DNA of 64,000 bases from a virus (Duplodnaviria > Caudoviricetes). Shown here piece by piece: positions 46,399 to 57,123 of this stretch; position 1 is the stretch's first letter, and every line of letters starts with the position of its first letter. A program made the position numbers and the translations under genes. The notes under the pieces are model-generated. The model saw only the letters and a list, made by a program, of their open reading frames with translations, was not told the origin of the DNA and did no database searches. The stretch spans positions 13,249 through 77,248 of IMG/VR virus record IMGVR_UViG_3300031419_000378; one strand, 5' to 3'.

Positions 46399-46688
46399 AT
46401 TGTCCTCTCTCACTCGGCTTATTTGCGAATAAGTGGTAAGCCTGGAACAAAATCATCATTGGCGCAAAGATACCGCTGTACTCAGCACGGCCGGCAGTTT
46501 AACGATGCGGAAAGCGAGAAGGCAGTAAAAAAGAGCCCGTCGCAGCAAGACGGGCCGGCTCACGTAAGCCTTGAAAGAAGATTTACCGGAAAAAGTATTA
46601 ATGATGAGGGTAAAACACAACCACATCCCGGAGCAGTGACAGAAACGGACAGAAGATACCGGGCGAACCTTCTGTCCGGTACGACCCG

Positions 46689-46919
46689 TTATTTTTCCTG
46701 CTGCATCATCCTGCGGTGCATATCAATGATGCTCTGATGTGCTGCAGAATTTGCATTATCCATACTCTGGTGCGCCAGGATGGCACGCTCATGTTCATTC
46801 ATCATGGCAACAGCGTTATTAGTTACCTGACCGTCCGGCTCTGAAACAGGATGCGGCTGTGCCCATACTGATGAGGCAGAAAACAGGGCCAGAAGAGAAA
46901 CAAACATTAATTTTTTCAT
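46689..46919 (-). CDS. Periplasmic His/Met-rich metal-binding protein (PcoE/SilE-like)
   Basis: Signal peptide; MMNEHERA..AHQSM...HQSIIDMH. Confidence 0.7.
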   Translation of the reverse strand: MKKLMFVSLLALFSASSVWAQPHPVSEPDGQVTNNAVAMMNEHERAILAHQSMDNANSAAHQSIIDMHRRMMQQEK

Positions 46920-47016
46920 GTCGGCAGTCCTTACGATTAAAAGTTAAATAATGGCGGGCCGGATGCTCTCCGGCTTCAGTCATTTTTATCGTACAGGAGA
47001 AAAATGCTTCCGATCG

Positions 47017-47075
47017 AAAATGACAGAAATGTAATGTAAAAACAGTAAGTTCCAACATTACACAATTGTAATCAT
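47017..47075. promoter_or_regulatory. Putative CusR/PcoR-type copper boxes in the divergent promoter region
   Basis: AAAATGACAGAAATGTAATG and ATTACACAATTGTAAT resemble ATGACA-N4-TGTCAT. Confidence 0.5.
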
Positions 47076-47205
47076 GTCCGTCTTTCAGCTGTGATAGCTT
47101 TCCGGTAACAAAAAATAAACTTCCTGAACGGTAAGCACGGCTTGTGCTTGCGGAGCGGAGAGATTTTTTCTCCCGGGATACTGTGAATTTTGCCGGAGCT
47201 CAGTC

Positions 47206-49026
47206 ATGGAACTTAAAAGTTCACGACGTAATTTTATTAAAGGGATAACCGCCGCCGGTCTCGTGGGCGGCCTGGGGCTGAGAACGTTTGATGCGCTCTC
47301 GGCGGTAAGCCTGATGCAGTCCCGCACGCTGACCGGGACCGACTTTGATCTGTTTATCGGCGAAACACCACTGAATATCACCGGTAAGACCCGTTATGCA
47401 AAAACCATAAATGCGGGTCTTCCGGGGCCGCTGCTGCGCTGGAAAGAAGGCGACACTGTCACGCTAAGGGTAAAAAACCGCCTGTCAGAGCCGACCTCTG
47501 TTCACTGGCATGGCATTATCCTGCCGGCAAATATGGATGGCGTACCGGGTCTCAGTTTTCACGGTATCGAACCGGACGACACGTATGTTTACTCCTTTAA
47601 AATAAAGCAGAACGGAACTTACTGGTATCACAGCCATTCCGGTCTGCAGGAGCAGGAAGGAGTATACGGTCCGATTATTATCGATGCCGCTGAACCTGAG
47701 CCGTTTCAGTGGGACAGCGAGCAGGTAGTGCTGTTGACCGACTGGTCTGATGAAAAAGCCTCAGACATTCTCGCAAAACTGAAAAAGCAGTCAGATTATT
47801 ACAACTTCGCTAAACCCACCGCTACCGACTTTTTCCGTGATGCGCGGGAGAAAGGCCTCGCGAATACGCTGGCTGACCGGAAAATGTGGGCTGAAATGAA
47901 GATGAACCCGACAGATCTGGCCGACGTCAGTGGTTTCACATACACCTACCTGATGAACGGACAGGGACCCGGTAAAAACTGGACCGGTCTGTTCCGTAAA
48001 GGTGAGAAAGTACGCCTGCGCTTCATTAACGGCTCGGCCATGACTTATTTTGACGTTCGTATTCCCGGTCTGAAAATGACGGTCGTGGCTGCAGACGGAC
48101 AGTATGTCACCCCCGTGTCCGTTGATGAGTTCCGTATCGCCGTTGCCGAAACCTACGATGTGATCGTAGAGCCGACTGATGATGCTTACACTATTTTTGC
48201 TCAGTCTATGGACCGCAGCGGCTATGCGCGTGGCACGCTTGCCGTCCGGGGGGGGCTGTCAGCAACGGTTCCGAAACCCGATCCGCGTCCCTGGCTGACC
48301 ATGGATGATATGGGCATGGGCGGGATGGATCATGGCAGCATGGGCGGGATGGATCACAGTCAGATGCAGGGCATGAACGGCGGCGATATGCAGAGTATGG
48401 ATGGTTCAGATATACCAGCCCCTCCAACAGACAGCATGGCGGGAATGGATCACAGCGCCATGAGCGGTATGGATCACGCAAGCATGGCTGGCATGAGTGA
48501 CATGCAAAAACACCCGGCTTCCGAAACGAATAACCCTCTGGTCGATATGCAGGCAATGATGCCGTCAGCAAAATTAAATGACCCGGGCATCGGTCTGCGT
48601 AATAACGGCAGAAAAGTTCTGACTTATGCTGACCTGAAAAGTACGTTTGAGGATCCGGACGGCCGTGAACCCTCCCGTACTATCGAACTGCACCTTACGG
48701 GGCATATGGAAAAGTTTGCCTGGTCTTTCAACGGTATCAAATTCTCAGATTCAGAACCGGTTACGCTCCGCTACGGTGAACGCGTTCGTATCGTACTGGT
48801 CAACGACACCATGATGACGCACCCCATTCATCTTCACGGTATGTGGAGTGATCTTGAAGACGAGGATGGCAACTTCCAGGTACGTAAACATACCATTGAT
48901 ATGCCTCCGGGAACCCGCCGCAGCTATCGCGTCACGGCTGACGCACTCGGGCGGTGGGCCTATCACTGCCATCTTCTTTTCCATATGGAAACGGGCATGT
49001 TCCGTGAAGTCCGGGTCATTGAATGA
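47206..49026 (+). CDS. copA: Multicopper oxidase CopA/PcoA
   Basis: Tat SRRNFI, HWHG, WYHSH, HPIHLHG, HCHLLFH; MDH repeats. Confidence 0.95.
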   Translation: MELKSSRRNFIKGITAAGLVGGLGLRTFDALSAVSLMQSRTLTGTDFDLFIGETPLNITGKTRYAKTINAGLPGPLLRWKEGDTVTLRVKNRLSEPTSVHWHGIILPANMDGVPGLSFHGIEPDDTYVYSFKIKQNGTYWYHSHSGLQEQEGVYGPIIIDAAEPEPFQWDSEQVVLLTDWSDEKASDILAKLKKQSDYYNFAKPTATDFFRDAREKGLANTLADRKMWAEMKMNPTDLADVSGFTYTYLMNGQGPGKNWTGLFRKGEKVRLRFINGSAMTYFDVRIPGLKMTVVAADGQYVTPVSVDEFRIAVAETYDVIVEPTDDAYTIFAQSMDRSGYARGTLAVRGGLSATVPKPDPRPWLTMDDMGMGGMDHGSMGGMDHSQMQGMNGGDMQSMDGSDIPAPPTDSMAGMDHSAMSGMDHASMAGMSDMQKHPASETNNPLVDMQAMMPSAKLNDPGIGLRNNGRKVLTYADLKSTFEDPDGREPSRTIELHLTGHMEKFAWSFNGIKFSDSEPVTLRYGERVRIVLVNDTMMTHPIHLHGMWSDLEDEDGNFQVRKHTIDMPPGTRRSYRVTADALGRWAYHCHLLFHMETGMFREVRVIE

Positions 49027-49060
49027 GGTACTGCTGATGTCAGTTTCAGGGTGGAGTGAT

Positions 49061-49969
49061 ATGAAAAAGAATGTGTCGCGTTCTGCGGCAGGATTGCTGG
49101 TTTGGTCTGCACTTGCCGGAACGACGTTTACACCCGTCTATGCCGCGCCAGCGCATAACATGCAGCAGCATGATATGTCAGGGATGGAACATTCTGCTAT
49201 GGGCGGGATGGAGCCGATGGATGGTATGGAGTCCATGCAACCCGCTGCGTCAGCAGAAAGCAGAACGCCCATCCCGCCGGTTACCGAGGCTGACCGTAAG
49301 GCGGCATTTCCGGATGTCCACGGTCATAAAGTTCATGACAGCAGCGTGAATTACTTTCTGCTTGCCGATCAGCTGGAATGGCAGAAAAACAACGATCCTG
49401 GCGGATTCAGCTGGGATGTGAGCGGCTGGATTGGGGGTGACATTGACCGGCTCTGGATGCGCAGCGAAGGCGAAACCAGCGACGGTAAAGCTGAATCCGC
49501 AGAAGTGCAGGCACTGTGGGGACATGCCATTACGCCCTGGTGGGACGTGGTTGCCGGGGCCCGACAGGATTTCCGGCCCGGAAAGCCCCAGACCTGGCTT
49601 GCCGCCGGCCTGCAGGGAATGGCCCTTTACAATTTTGAAACCGAGCTGACAGCGTTTGCCGGCGAGAAGGGGCGAACTGCGCTGAGGCTGGAGGCGGATT
49701 ACGATGTGCTGCTGACCAACCGTCTGATCCTGCAGCCTTCCTTTGAAGCCAATCTTTACGGGAAAGATGATGAAGCGCGTGAAACCGGTAAGGGACTGTC
49801 CAGTACGGAACTCTCACTGCGCCTTCGCTACGAGGTGAAACGTGAGTTTGCTCCATACGTCGGGGTTTCCTGGAGCCAGCTTTACGGTAATACCGCCGAT
49901 ATGGCTGCCCGTGAAGGAGAAAAAGATAACGAAGTGCGTTTCCTTCTCGGGGCACGCATGTGGTTCTGA
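49061..49969 (+). CDS. copB: Outer membrane copper resistance protein CopB/PcoB
   Basis: GGAG RBS at 49053; DQLEW, GLRLRYE-like, terminal WF. Confidence 0.9.
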   Translation: MKKNVSRSAAGLLVWSALAGTTFTPVYAAPAHNMQQHDMSGMEHSAMGGMEPMDGMESMQPAASAESRTPIPPVTEADRKAAFPDVHGHKVHDSSVNYFLLADQLEWQKNNDPGGFSWDVSGWIGGDIDRLWMRSEGETSDGKAESAEVQALWGHAITPWWDVVAGARQDFRPGKPQTWLAAGLQGMALYNFETELTAFAGEKGRTALRLEADYDVLLTNRLILQPSFEANLYGKDDEARETGKGLSSTELSLRLRYEVKREFAPYVGVSWSQLYGNTADMAAREGEKDNEVRFLLGARMWF

Positions 49970-50000
49970 TGCAGTTAATTCAAACAAGACAGGTATTATA

Positions 50001-50381
50001 ATGAAACATTCATCTGCTAAGTATTTCATCGCTGTTGTGGCTTCTGTCACTGCTTTCGCTGTCCAGGCACATCCTGAACTGGCTTCATCAGTGCCTTCAG
50101 ACAAGGCACAGGTTGCGGCTCCTTCAAAAGTAGAGCTTCACTTCACCGAAAATCTGGTGACCAAATTCTCTGGCGCACGTCTGATAATGACTGCCATGCC
50201 GGGCATGTCATCGCACGCGCCAATGCCTGTTGCAGCTAAAGTTGCAGCCGGCAGCGATCCCAAAACCATGATTATCACGCCGGCAAAGCCGCTGCCCGCC
50301 GGGACTTATAAGGTGGAATGGCGTGCGGTGTCATCTGACACACATCCCCGTACCGGCAACTACAGTTTTAGCGTGAAGTAA
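50001..50381 (+). CDS. copC: Periplasmic copper chaperone CopC
   Basis: Signal peptide, mature HPEL, MTAMPGM, DTH. Confidence 0.95.
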   Translation: MKHSSAKYFIAVVASVTAFAVQAHPELASSVPSDKAQVAAPSKVELHFTENLVTKFSGARLIMTAMPGMSSHAPMPVAAKVAAGSDPKTMIITPAKPLPAGTYKVEWRAVSSDTHPRTGNYSFSVK

Positions 50382-50385
50382 TGCT

Positions 50386-51318
50386 ATGAACGATCAGACT
50401 TTTATTGTCATCCGGTTTCTTCTTTACCTTGATCTTATGGTTCTTTTTGGCCTGCCTTTATTTGAGCTTTATGCCCTGAAAGGCGTCTTAAAAAAACCGG
50501 TATCTTTGTTCAGCGTCTGGTCGTTCTTTTTCACGCTCATTTCTGCCGGGATTGTGTTGTCACTGGCAAACATGCTGCTGGTTGCCCAGTCTATGAGCGG
50601 TGTCAGCGACCCCGGTGAGCTGACTCTGCACATTATTGAAATGGTGGTCGGCGAGACCGCTGTTGGCATGAGCTGGGTTGTCCGGCTCGTTGCCCTGACC
50701 ATCGCCTTTGTCGGGCTCGGTCTGCGGCTCAGGAATGCCGTACTTTCACGTTATGTTTTGATGCTGGCAGGCGGTACGGCGCTGGCGACCCTGGCGTGGG
50801 GGGGGCATGCAGCCATGAATGACGGTGTGAGCTATTACGTCCATTTGTTGAGCGATATTGTTCATCTTTCCGCAGCCGGTGCCTGGGTAGGAGCCCTGAC
50901 GGCTTTTACCGTTCTGCTGAGTATAAAAAAAGCCAGTAAAGCGGCTTATGCACTGCAGCTGTCCGGGGCATTAACGGGATTTGCCCGTGCCGGCACGGTT
51001 ATTGTGATAAGCATCGTGATCACGGCAGTGGTTAATTTCGTGCTTATCACAGAAAAGCCACTGAGCACTTTGCCGGGAAGCGTTTACGGCCTGCTGCTGG
51101 TAATAAAGACCGCTCTGTTTTTTCTGATGTTATTGCTGGCTGCCGCCAACCGCTTCCGGCTTGCACCAAAGCTGGAAAATGCCCTGCTTCAGGGCCACTA
51201 TAAGGCGGGTATTGCACTGATGCGTAAAAGCATTATTACAGAATTTACCGTAGCGGTACTGATACTGGCAATTGTTGCCTGGCTGGGCACCCTGTCGCCA
51301 GGAACCGGTATGGAGTAA
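50386..51318 (+). CDS. copD: Inner membrane protein CopD
   Basis: Multi-TM; GHAA, HL.AAGAW.G, LAAANRF. Confidence 0.9.
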   Translation: MNDQTFIVIRFLLYLDLMVLFGLPLFELYALKGVLKKPVSLFSVWSFFFTLISAGIVLSLANMLLVAQSMSGVSDPGELTLHIIEMVVGETAVGMSWVVRLVALTIAFVGLGLRLRNAVLSRYVLMLAGGTALATLAWGGHAAMNDGVSYYVHLLSDIVHLSAAGAWVGALTAFTVLLSIKKASKAAYALQLSGALTGFARAGTVIVISIVITAVVNFVLITEKPLSTLPGSVYGLLLVIKTALFFLMLLLAAANRFRLAPKLENALLQGHYKAGIALMRKSIITEFTVAVLILAIVAWLGTLSPGTGME

Positions 51319-51344
51319 CAATTAACTGCAGGAAAAAACGCATC

Positions 51345-52025
51345 ATGACAACCATGCTGATTGTTGAGGATGAACTGAAGACCGGTACTTACCTGAAGCA
51401 GGGACTCCAGGAAGCAGGCTATGACGTGACCCTGGTGAACGACGGGCGTCAGGGCCTGGAGCATATTCTGCGACAGCATTATGACCTGATAATCCTGGAC
51501 GTCATGCTGCCCTCAATGGACGGCTGGGATATCCTGCAGCAGATGCGCATGGCACGCCACGAAGAGCCCGTCCTGTTCCTGACGGCCAGAGATAACGTCA
51601 GCGAAAAAATTAAAGGGCTCGATCTGGGCGCGGATGATTACCTGCTAAAACCTTTCGATTTTGCCGAGCTTCTGGCCCGTATCCGCACGCTGCTCAGGCG
51701 TAACCGTACACAGGCTTCAGGAAACCACAGCATTGCAGATCTGATCATGGACGCCTCCCGCCGGACCGTGAGCCGGTCGGGGAAAAAAATTCACCTGTCT
51801 ACCAAAGAGTTTGTGCTGCTTGAGTTGTTGTTACAGCGAACCGGGGAGGTTTTGCCAAGAAACCTGCTTTCCTCCCTGGTCTGGAATATTAATTTTGAAA
51901 GCGATACCAATGTCATTGACGTTGCCGTCAGGCGGCTTCGCAGCAAGGTAGATGATGACTTTACGCCAAAGCTCATTCATACCGTGCGGGGCATCGGTTA
52001 TGTTCTGGAGATACGTGAAGAGTGA
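51345..52025 (+). CDS. Heavy-metal response regulator (CopR/CusR/PcoR)
   Basis: Receiver LDVMLP, GADDYL.KPF, OmpR-type C-terminus. Confidence 0.9.
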   Translation: MTTMLIVEDELKTGTYLKQGLQEAGYDVTLVNDGRQGLEHILRQHYDLIILDVMLPSMDGWDILQQMRMARHEEPVLFLTARDNVSEKIKGLDLGADDYLLKPFDFAELLARIRTLLRRNRTQASGNHSIADLIMDASRRTVSRSGKKIHLSTKEFVLLELLLQRTGEVLPRNLLSSLVWNINFESDTNVIDVAVRRLRSKVDDDFTPKLIHTVRGIGYVLEIREE

Positions 52026-53428
52026 AGCGTAACTGGTCCCTGACTACACGGCTGAGCGTGATATTTGCCGGTGTAATGATGTCTGCCTGGCTTCTTTCCA
52101 GTGTCCTGCTTGTTGCTGCCCTGAGCAGCTATTTTCGCCATCAGGATGCCGCACTGTTGACAGGAAAGCTTGAGCTGGCAACCGAACTACTGGAAAGTGG
52201 AGCTGATTCCGGGCAGCCAGACAGTGCTTCGCTTGCACGCAAGGTTGCCGATGCCATGGTAGGTCACAGCGGATTGTATCTGTCGATTAAAACGTCGGAT
52301 AACCGGTTACTTGCCGACTATTCCTCGCCCGGTTTTCCGCTTCCTTACGGACGTTTTGCCAGCGAAGCCGCATATCCGGATACGATGCAGACAGTAGAGG
52401 ATGAAGGCTGGCGTTATAATGTTATTGTCAGAAAAATCAGTGCGCAGAAAGCAGGCGGACAACATGATGTCCTGATAACAGCCGCTTATGATACCGGCTT
52501 TCATGATGAATTTATCAGCCAGCTCAAAAAATGGCTGATTTGGTTCAACGGCGGGCTGATGTTCATTTCGGTATTACTGGGCTGGTTTGTCACAAGGATG
52601 GGTCTCAAGCCGCTGAATGAATTAAACCGTCTGGCCTCCGCTGTCACCATCAACAACCTCAGTAAACGTCTTCCTGCGCACAATCTGCCGGCCGAGCTGA
52701 TGGCTACCGTGGCTGAATTCAACAGCATGCTTGAAAGGCTGGAGAAATCCTTCAGGCGCCTTTCTGAGTTTTCATCGGACATTGCCCATGAGCTGCGTAC
52801 GCCTGTCAGTAACCTGATGATGCAGACGCAGGTTGCCCTGTCCCGGGATCGTGATGCAGCCAGTTACCGGGAGGTACTTTTCTCTAATCTGGAAGAGCTG
52901 AGCCGGCTTGCAAGAATGAGCAGCGACATGCTTTTTCTGGCGAAGTCAGAAAATGGCCTGATGATACTGGAGAAGCAGAACGTCTCCTTGCACGAAGAAC
53001 TCGAGGAACTGATTGATTTCTTCGAGCCTCTTGCTGGTGAAAGTCATAAAACGCTGAAGCTTAAAGGTGATGCTCTCGTCAGAGGCGATCGCCTGATGCT
53101 GCGTCGTGCGCTGAGTAATCTGATCACCAACGCCATAAAATATTCTCTGCCGGGCTCTGCCATATCCGTATCAGCAGAGCATAACTCGGACAGGGCCTTT
53201 GTACATATTTCCAATCACACAGAAGATATTGCACCGGAAAGTCTGGGCCGACTGTTTGACCGTTTTTACCGGGGCGATGCATCCAGGCAGCATAATACGG
53301 ATGGCGCGGGACTCGGTCTTTCTATTACGCGGTCCATTTTGCTGGCCCATGAAGGCGATCTGCAGGTAGCCGTGAATGATAATGTCATTACGTTCACGGC
53401 CATCATGCCGGCAACAGAGGGACCGTAA
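52022..53428 (+). CDS. Heavy-metal sensor kinase (CopS/CusS/PcoS)
   Basis: HAMP, AHELRTP, N box, FDRFYR, GAGLGL. Confidence 0.9.
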   Translation: MKRNWSLTTRLSVIFAGVMMSAWLLSSVLLVAALSSYFRHQDAALLTGKLELATELLESGADSGQPDSASLARKVADAMVGHSGLYLSIKTSDNRLLADYSSPGFPLPYGRFASEAAYPDTMQTVEDEGWRYNVIVRKISAQKAGGQHDVLITAAYDTGFHDEFISQLKKWLIWFNGGLMFISVLLGWFVTRMGLKPLNELNRLASAVTINNLSKRLPAHNLPAELMATVAEFNSMLERLEKSFRRLSEFSSDIAHELRTPVSNLMMQTQVALSRDRDAASYREVLFSNLEELSRLARMSSDMLFLAKSENGLMILEKQNVSLHEELEELIDFFEPLAGESHKTLKLKGDALVRGDRLMLRRALSNLITNAIKYSLPGSAISVSAEHNSDRAFVHISNHTEDIAPESLGRLFDRFYRGDASRQHNTDGAGLGLSITRSILLAHEGDLQVAVNDNVITFTAIMPATEGP

Positions 53429-53554
53429 TAACAAAATTTTCCGGGCTAAAATTTCATGATTTGAACTGCTCTGTATCAAGGTTATGTTCCCGGACATATG
53501 AAAGGATGCCCGGGAAAACCTGAAGTAAATATCTTACCTATGAGGAGTTACCTT

Positions 53555-53905
53555 ATGAAAAAACCGCATATGATTCTTGCCTCCCTGCTGTTTGTCCTGC
53601 CGGCTGCGGTTATGGCTCAGCAACCGGCCTCAAAAATGACGCATGAGATGAGCATGTCTCCGGCATCAAAAGAGTACATGTCAGGTATGCAAAAGATGCA
53701 CAGTAGCATGATGAATGCCCTGAAGGAGCAGGACGCTGACAGGGCGTTTGCCAAAGGCATGATCGAGCATCACAGGGGCGCGATTGCCATGGCTGAAACG
53801 GAGCTGAAATACGGGAAAGATCCGGAAATGAAGAAGATGGCAGAAGATGTCATCAAGGCACAGAAAAGTGAAATAGAGCACATGGAAGCGTGGCTGAAAA
53901 AATAA
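53555..53905 (+). CDS. DUF305/CopM-like periplasmic metal-binding protein
   Basis: Signal peptide, MI.HH.GAI.MA motif. Confidence 0.85.
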   Translation: MKKPHMILASLLFVLPAAVMAQQPASKMTHEMSMSPASKEYMSGMQKMHSSMMNALKEQDADRAFAKGMIEHHRGAIAMAETELKYGKDPEMKKMAEDVIKAQKSEIEHMEAWLKK

Positions 53906-54044
53906 CGGTCATCCGGCTTTATAAACGCTCTGAAGGGTTCTGCCCAAAGAATCCTTCAGTAAGCTTGCATCCATTATACACTCAGCTAAACAGGTTTAAT
54001 TTTACAGCGTCATCATACAGATATATCTGACGCCATTACGTTAA

Positions 54045-54263
54045 AGCCTGATTATCACCAACTGATATTCAGGGATACCCCACATATTGGCGCTGGCCTG
54101 GCTGCCCAGCTCGCGCTGTCCGGGAATAAGCGCCTCCGGATAAAGCGATTCCGGCAGGCCCGAACGCCACATAAGGGAATCCAGGGTGCTGAGGAAGTAG
54201 GGATTGAGCGCTCGGGCCGCTGTATCGCATGAGTAGCCGGCAATGCTGCCGCCAATTAGCGAG
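54045..54263 (-). pseudogene. Internal fragment of a TraU-like ICE gene
   Basis: Untracked frame: LNPYFLSTLDSLMWRSGLPESLYPEALIPGQRELG...NMWG. Confidence 0.65.
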
Positions 54264-54285
54264 GTGGCCGGATGTCTGTGAGTTG

Positions 54286-54573
54286 TCAGTAGGAAGAAAG
54301 GAGGTCAGAACGATCCCCTCGTGTCGTCGGATGCGAAATTACAATAAATTCTACGGGAGACTCAGTGTCGTTTCTGGCTTGATGCTTTGACCCCGGTGGA
54401 ATTTCTAGCCCCTGCAGGGCTTTAATTTTGCGCATTTCACCTTCCAACTCTATTGAAAGAATGCCATTGAGAACAAAGAAAAACTGTCTGGAAACGGAGT
54501 GAAAATGTCGCTTTTCAGAAGTGCCGGGAGGCATTTTTTCATGAATAACCAACCTGTCTTGACGGTTTACCAG
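54286..54573 (-). pseudogene. 5'-truncated cupin-domain gene fused to an IS110 remnant
   Basis: EKMPPGTSEKRHFH...FFFVLNG...IPPG.KHQ..N cupin motifs. Confidence 0.75.
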
Positions 54574-54927
54574 ATAACGCAGCATTAACTCTAATGCCAG
54601 CTCTGCATCCTGCGGGTCATCTTTAGCGCCGCTGGGCGAGAAGGCTTGCCGGTAACGAGCCAGGGACAAAGCGTGGACGGGGAAAACGGTGATAAAGGGA
54701 TATTTTTGAAGAGCATATACCACGGGGCCCTTCTTCAGCTCGAGAGCTATGGCGATTCTGCCTTTTACTTTCTGGTGTAACTCGGTAAGCCAGACATCAA
54801 GCGCTTCTGGTGTATGTTCAATCACATGGAATACGCGTTCACCGTTTTTAAACTGAACACAGACATCGTGTTTTTTATCTGCCCAGTCCAGACCAACATG
54901 TGCAGCGAACTGATTAGTCGCGGTCAT
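54574..54927 (-). pseudogene. IS110-family recombinase, N-terminal DEDD domain only
   Basis: VGLDWADKKHDVC, IALE, GAKDDPQDA; C-terminal domain absent. Confidence 0.8.
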
Positions 54928-55146
54928 CACCAACTCCTCTTCATCGGGGATTGGTATGCATTCCACGCTCTTCGAAAGAAATATAGCCAGCAGTTTATCT
55001 GCATGTCCTGAGTATTCGTTAGCGAACGTGGAGCACCTACTGGCTCGAAAGAAAAGCGGCGATCATCGCATGATTCTCGCTCAATATTCGTAACCAGTAA
55101 GCGCATACCCTGAATCACTTCAAAGTGTAATTCTCAGGGTGCGAAT

Positions 55147-55170
55147 GACTATATTTCGCTCAGAGCAGCC
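55147..55170 (-). repeat. Degenerate inverted palindromic repeat B7 near the element's right end
   Basis: AAT-GACTATATTTCGCTCAGAGCAGCC; shares the TTTCGCTCA.AGC.G.C core with B1. Confidence 0.55.
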
Positions 55171-55213
55171 ATCAAATCCGAAATAGTCCTGTAGATTTTC
55201 CATTCCACATAAA

Positions 55214-56246
55214 CGGCGACATGTCAGCACGCATGATGGCCATTCTGGGCGAGATGGCTGCGGGTCAGGAAGTCTACTCCATTGATGAGTCATTTCTGGA
55301 CGTTACCGGGATTGGCAACATTATCCCGCTCGAGACATTCGGGCAACAGATGCGCGAGCGCATTCGAAAGGAAACCGGGCTAATAATCGGCGTGGGATTC
55401 GCGCCTACTAAAGCGCTGGCCAAACTTGCTAACCACGCGGCCAAAAAGTGGACACAGACGAACGGTGTTGTGGACCTGTCTGACAGAAGCCGCCAGCGAA
55501 AGCTCCTGTATCTGACAGATGTCAGCGATATATGGGGAATTGGACAGCGTATCAGTAAACGGCTAAACGAGCTGGGAATAACAACGGCTTTGCAGCTTGC
55601 AGACAGCAACATCAGCATGATAAGGAAAAATTTTGACGTTATCGTTGAGCGGATTACGCGCGAGCTGAACGGCGAGTCCTGCATAGCTCTTGAAGATGCG
55701 CCGCCGCCCAAACAGCACATACTGAACTCGCGATCATTTGGCGAGAGAGTAACAAAACTGGAAGACATGCAGCAGGCTATCGTGCTGTATGCCACGCGTG
55801 CGGCGGAAAAGCTCAGGGAGCAGAATTCGCGCTGCCGCCATATTAGCGTGTCAGTTGCTACCGGCAGGCATGGCGATGAGCCGCGATACTCTAATACTGC
55901 ATCATGCATCTGCGACTATCCGACCAATGATACGCGGGACATTATTGAATTAGCGCTTCGCGGGCTTAGCACTATCTGGCGTGATGGCTTTCGGTACGCC
56001 AAAGCAGGGGTGATGCTAGGTGACTTTTACCAGTCAGGCACGACGCAGTTTGACATGTTCAGTGAGCAGCAGCCGCATGCAAACTCAGATGCACTGATGG
56101 CAGCCCTAGACGGTATCAATCGCTCAGGAAAAGGCAAGGTATGGTTTGCAGGGCAGGGAAATCGTGACAGTTTATGGCAGATGAAGCGAGAAATGCTGTC
56201 GCCACGCTACACAACAAGGATAAAAGATATTCCAAAAATAAAATAA
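55214..56246 (+). pseudogene. umuC: umuC 3' fragment
   Basis: GDMSAR, YSIDESFLD, SRSFG, W.MKREMLSPRYTT. Confidence 0.9.
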
Positions 56247-56291
56247 CCTTTAACTGATAAAGCGAAGGTGGATCGGACATGACTGTGTAAG

Positions 56292-56315
56292 GTCCGCTAG
56301 GTGCCAGAAGCGGAC
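56292..56315 (+). repeat. Palindromic repeat, forward copy A8
   Basis: GTCCGCTAGGTGCCAGAAGCGGAC. Confidence 0.9.
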
Positions 56316-56430
56316 ATTGCTAACATAGCGATATGCCCATTCCCCCGTGCATGCAGAACAAAGAGGTTACGATTCACGGGCAATTGGATATATAGTATAA
56401 AAAAATTAGTAAACTGAGGAAGCTATATGA

Positions 56431-57123
56431 ATGGAAAATAAAATAACTGTCAGAAAAAAGGATTCTATATATTTAAGTATGTTGCTTGGTAAAGATATCA
56501 AAGAGGGAGCTGTACTTGCAACGTTATCATCTGAAAAGCTGGTGGAATCAATTGATTATATAAAAATCAAAGAAGCGTACTCAAAAGCACATGATATTAG
56601 AAAGTTTGAGATAGATTTGTATTGGAAACGAGCGAATTACTTTTGGGTTTTCATGACAGCCCTATCCGGCTTGATTGGATTTTCATTTAATAGTGACAAT
56701 GATTATATAAAATTATTGTCACCTGCACTCTGTATCATGGGTTTTATTTTTGGGTTAGCATTTTTGGCAGCTAACCAAGGTAGTAAATTTTGGCAAGAAA
56801 ACTGGGAGAAGAACTTAGATATGTTAGAGTTCTATGTATCTGGTGACTTATACAAAATTACTGCAAAACTCAAACTAACAAAACCATCTGTTAGTAAAAT
56901 TAATATTTACATAGCAAAAACATTATGTTTACTGTGGGTGGTTGTCTTTGTGTATTCACTGTCTTTTTCATTCTTCTCTATAGAAAGCCCGAGTCATTCC
57001 TTTATATTCATCTGCATATATTCCTTTGTGTCAATCGCAATTCCAACTTTATTTTGGAGTAAAGTAAAAAGCTCAAGTATATCATCTTATAAAGCTGAGT
57101 TTGAAAAGCGAAATGTTAGTTAA
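56431..57123 (+). CDS. AT-rich 4-TM membrane protein, putative defence effector
   Basis: FEIDLYWKRANYFW and GSKFWQENWE motifs, which I associate with RipA-like membrane proteins (unverified). Confidence 0.6.
   Translation: MENKITVRKKDSIYLSMLLGKDIKEGAVLATLSSEKLVESIDYIKIKEAYSKAHDIRKFEIDLYWKRANYFWVFMTALSGLIGFSFNSDNDYIKLLSPALCIMGFIFGLAFLAANQGSKFWQENWEKNLDMLEFYVSGDLYKITAKLKLTKPSVSKINIYIAKTLCLLWVVVFVYSLSFSFFSIESPSHSFIFICIYSFVSIAIPTLFWSKVKSSSISSYKAEFEKRNVS

Larger units (their letters stand above)
38644..55213. mobile_element. ~16.6-kb integrative element with two tyrosine recombinases, inserted in umuC; ars/cop cargo
   Basis: Removing it rejoins GAG CTG TA|C GGC GAC ATG (ELYGDM); end repeats TTAAGTGGAATG (38649-38660) and CATTCCACATAA (55201-55212). 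Confidence 0.9.

Noticed and set aside
48848-49060. N-terminal extension of CopB
   Set aside because: Overlaps copA; an RBS and signal peptide support the start at 49061
54286-54966. Intact 226-aa IS110-cupin protein as a novel fusion enzyme
   Set aside because: Both halves are truncated and flanked by other fragments; best explained as a deletion junction
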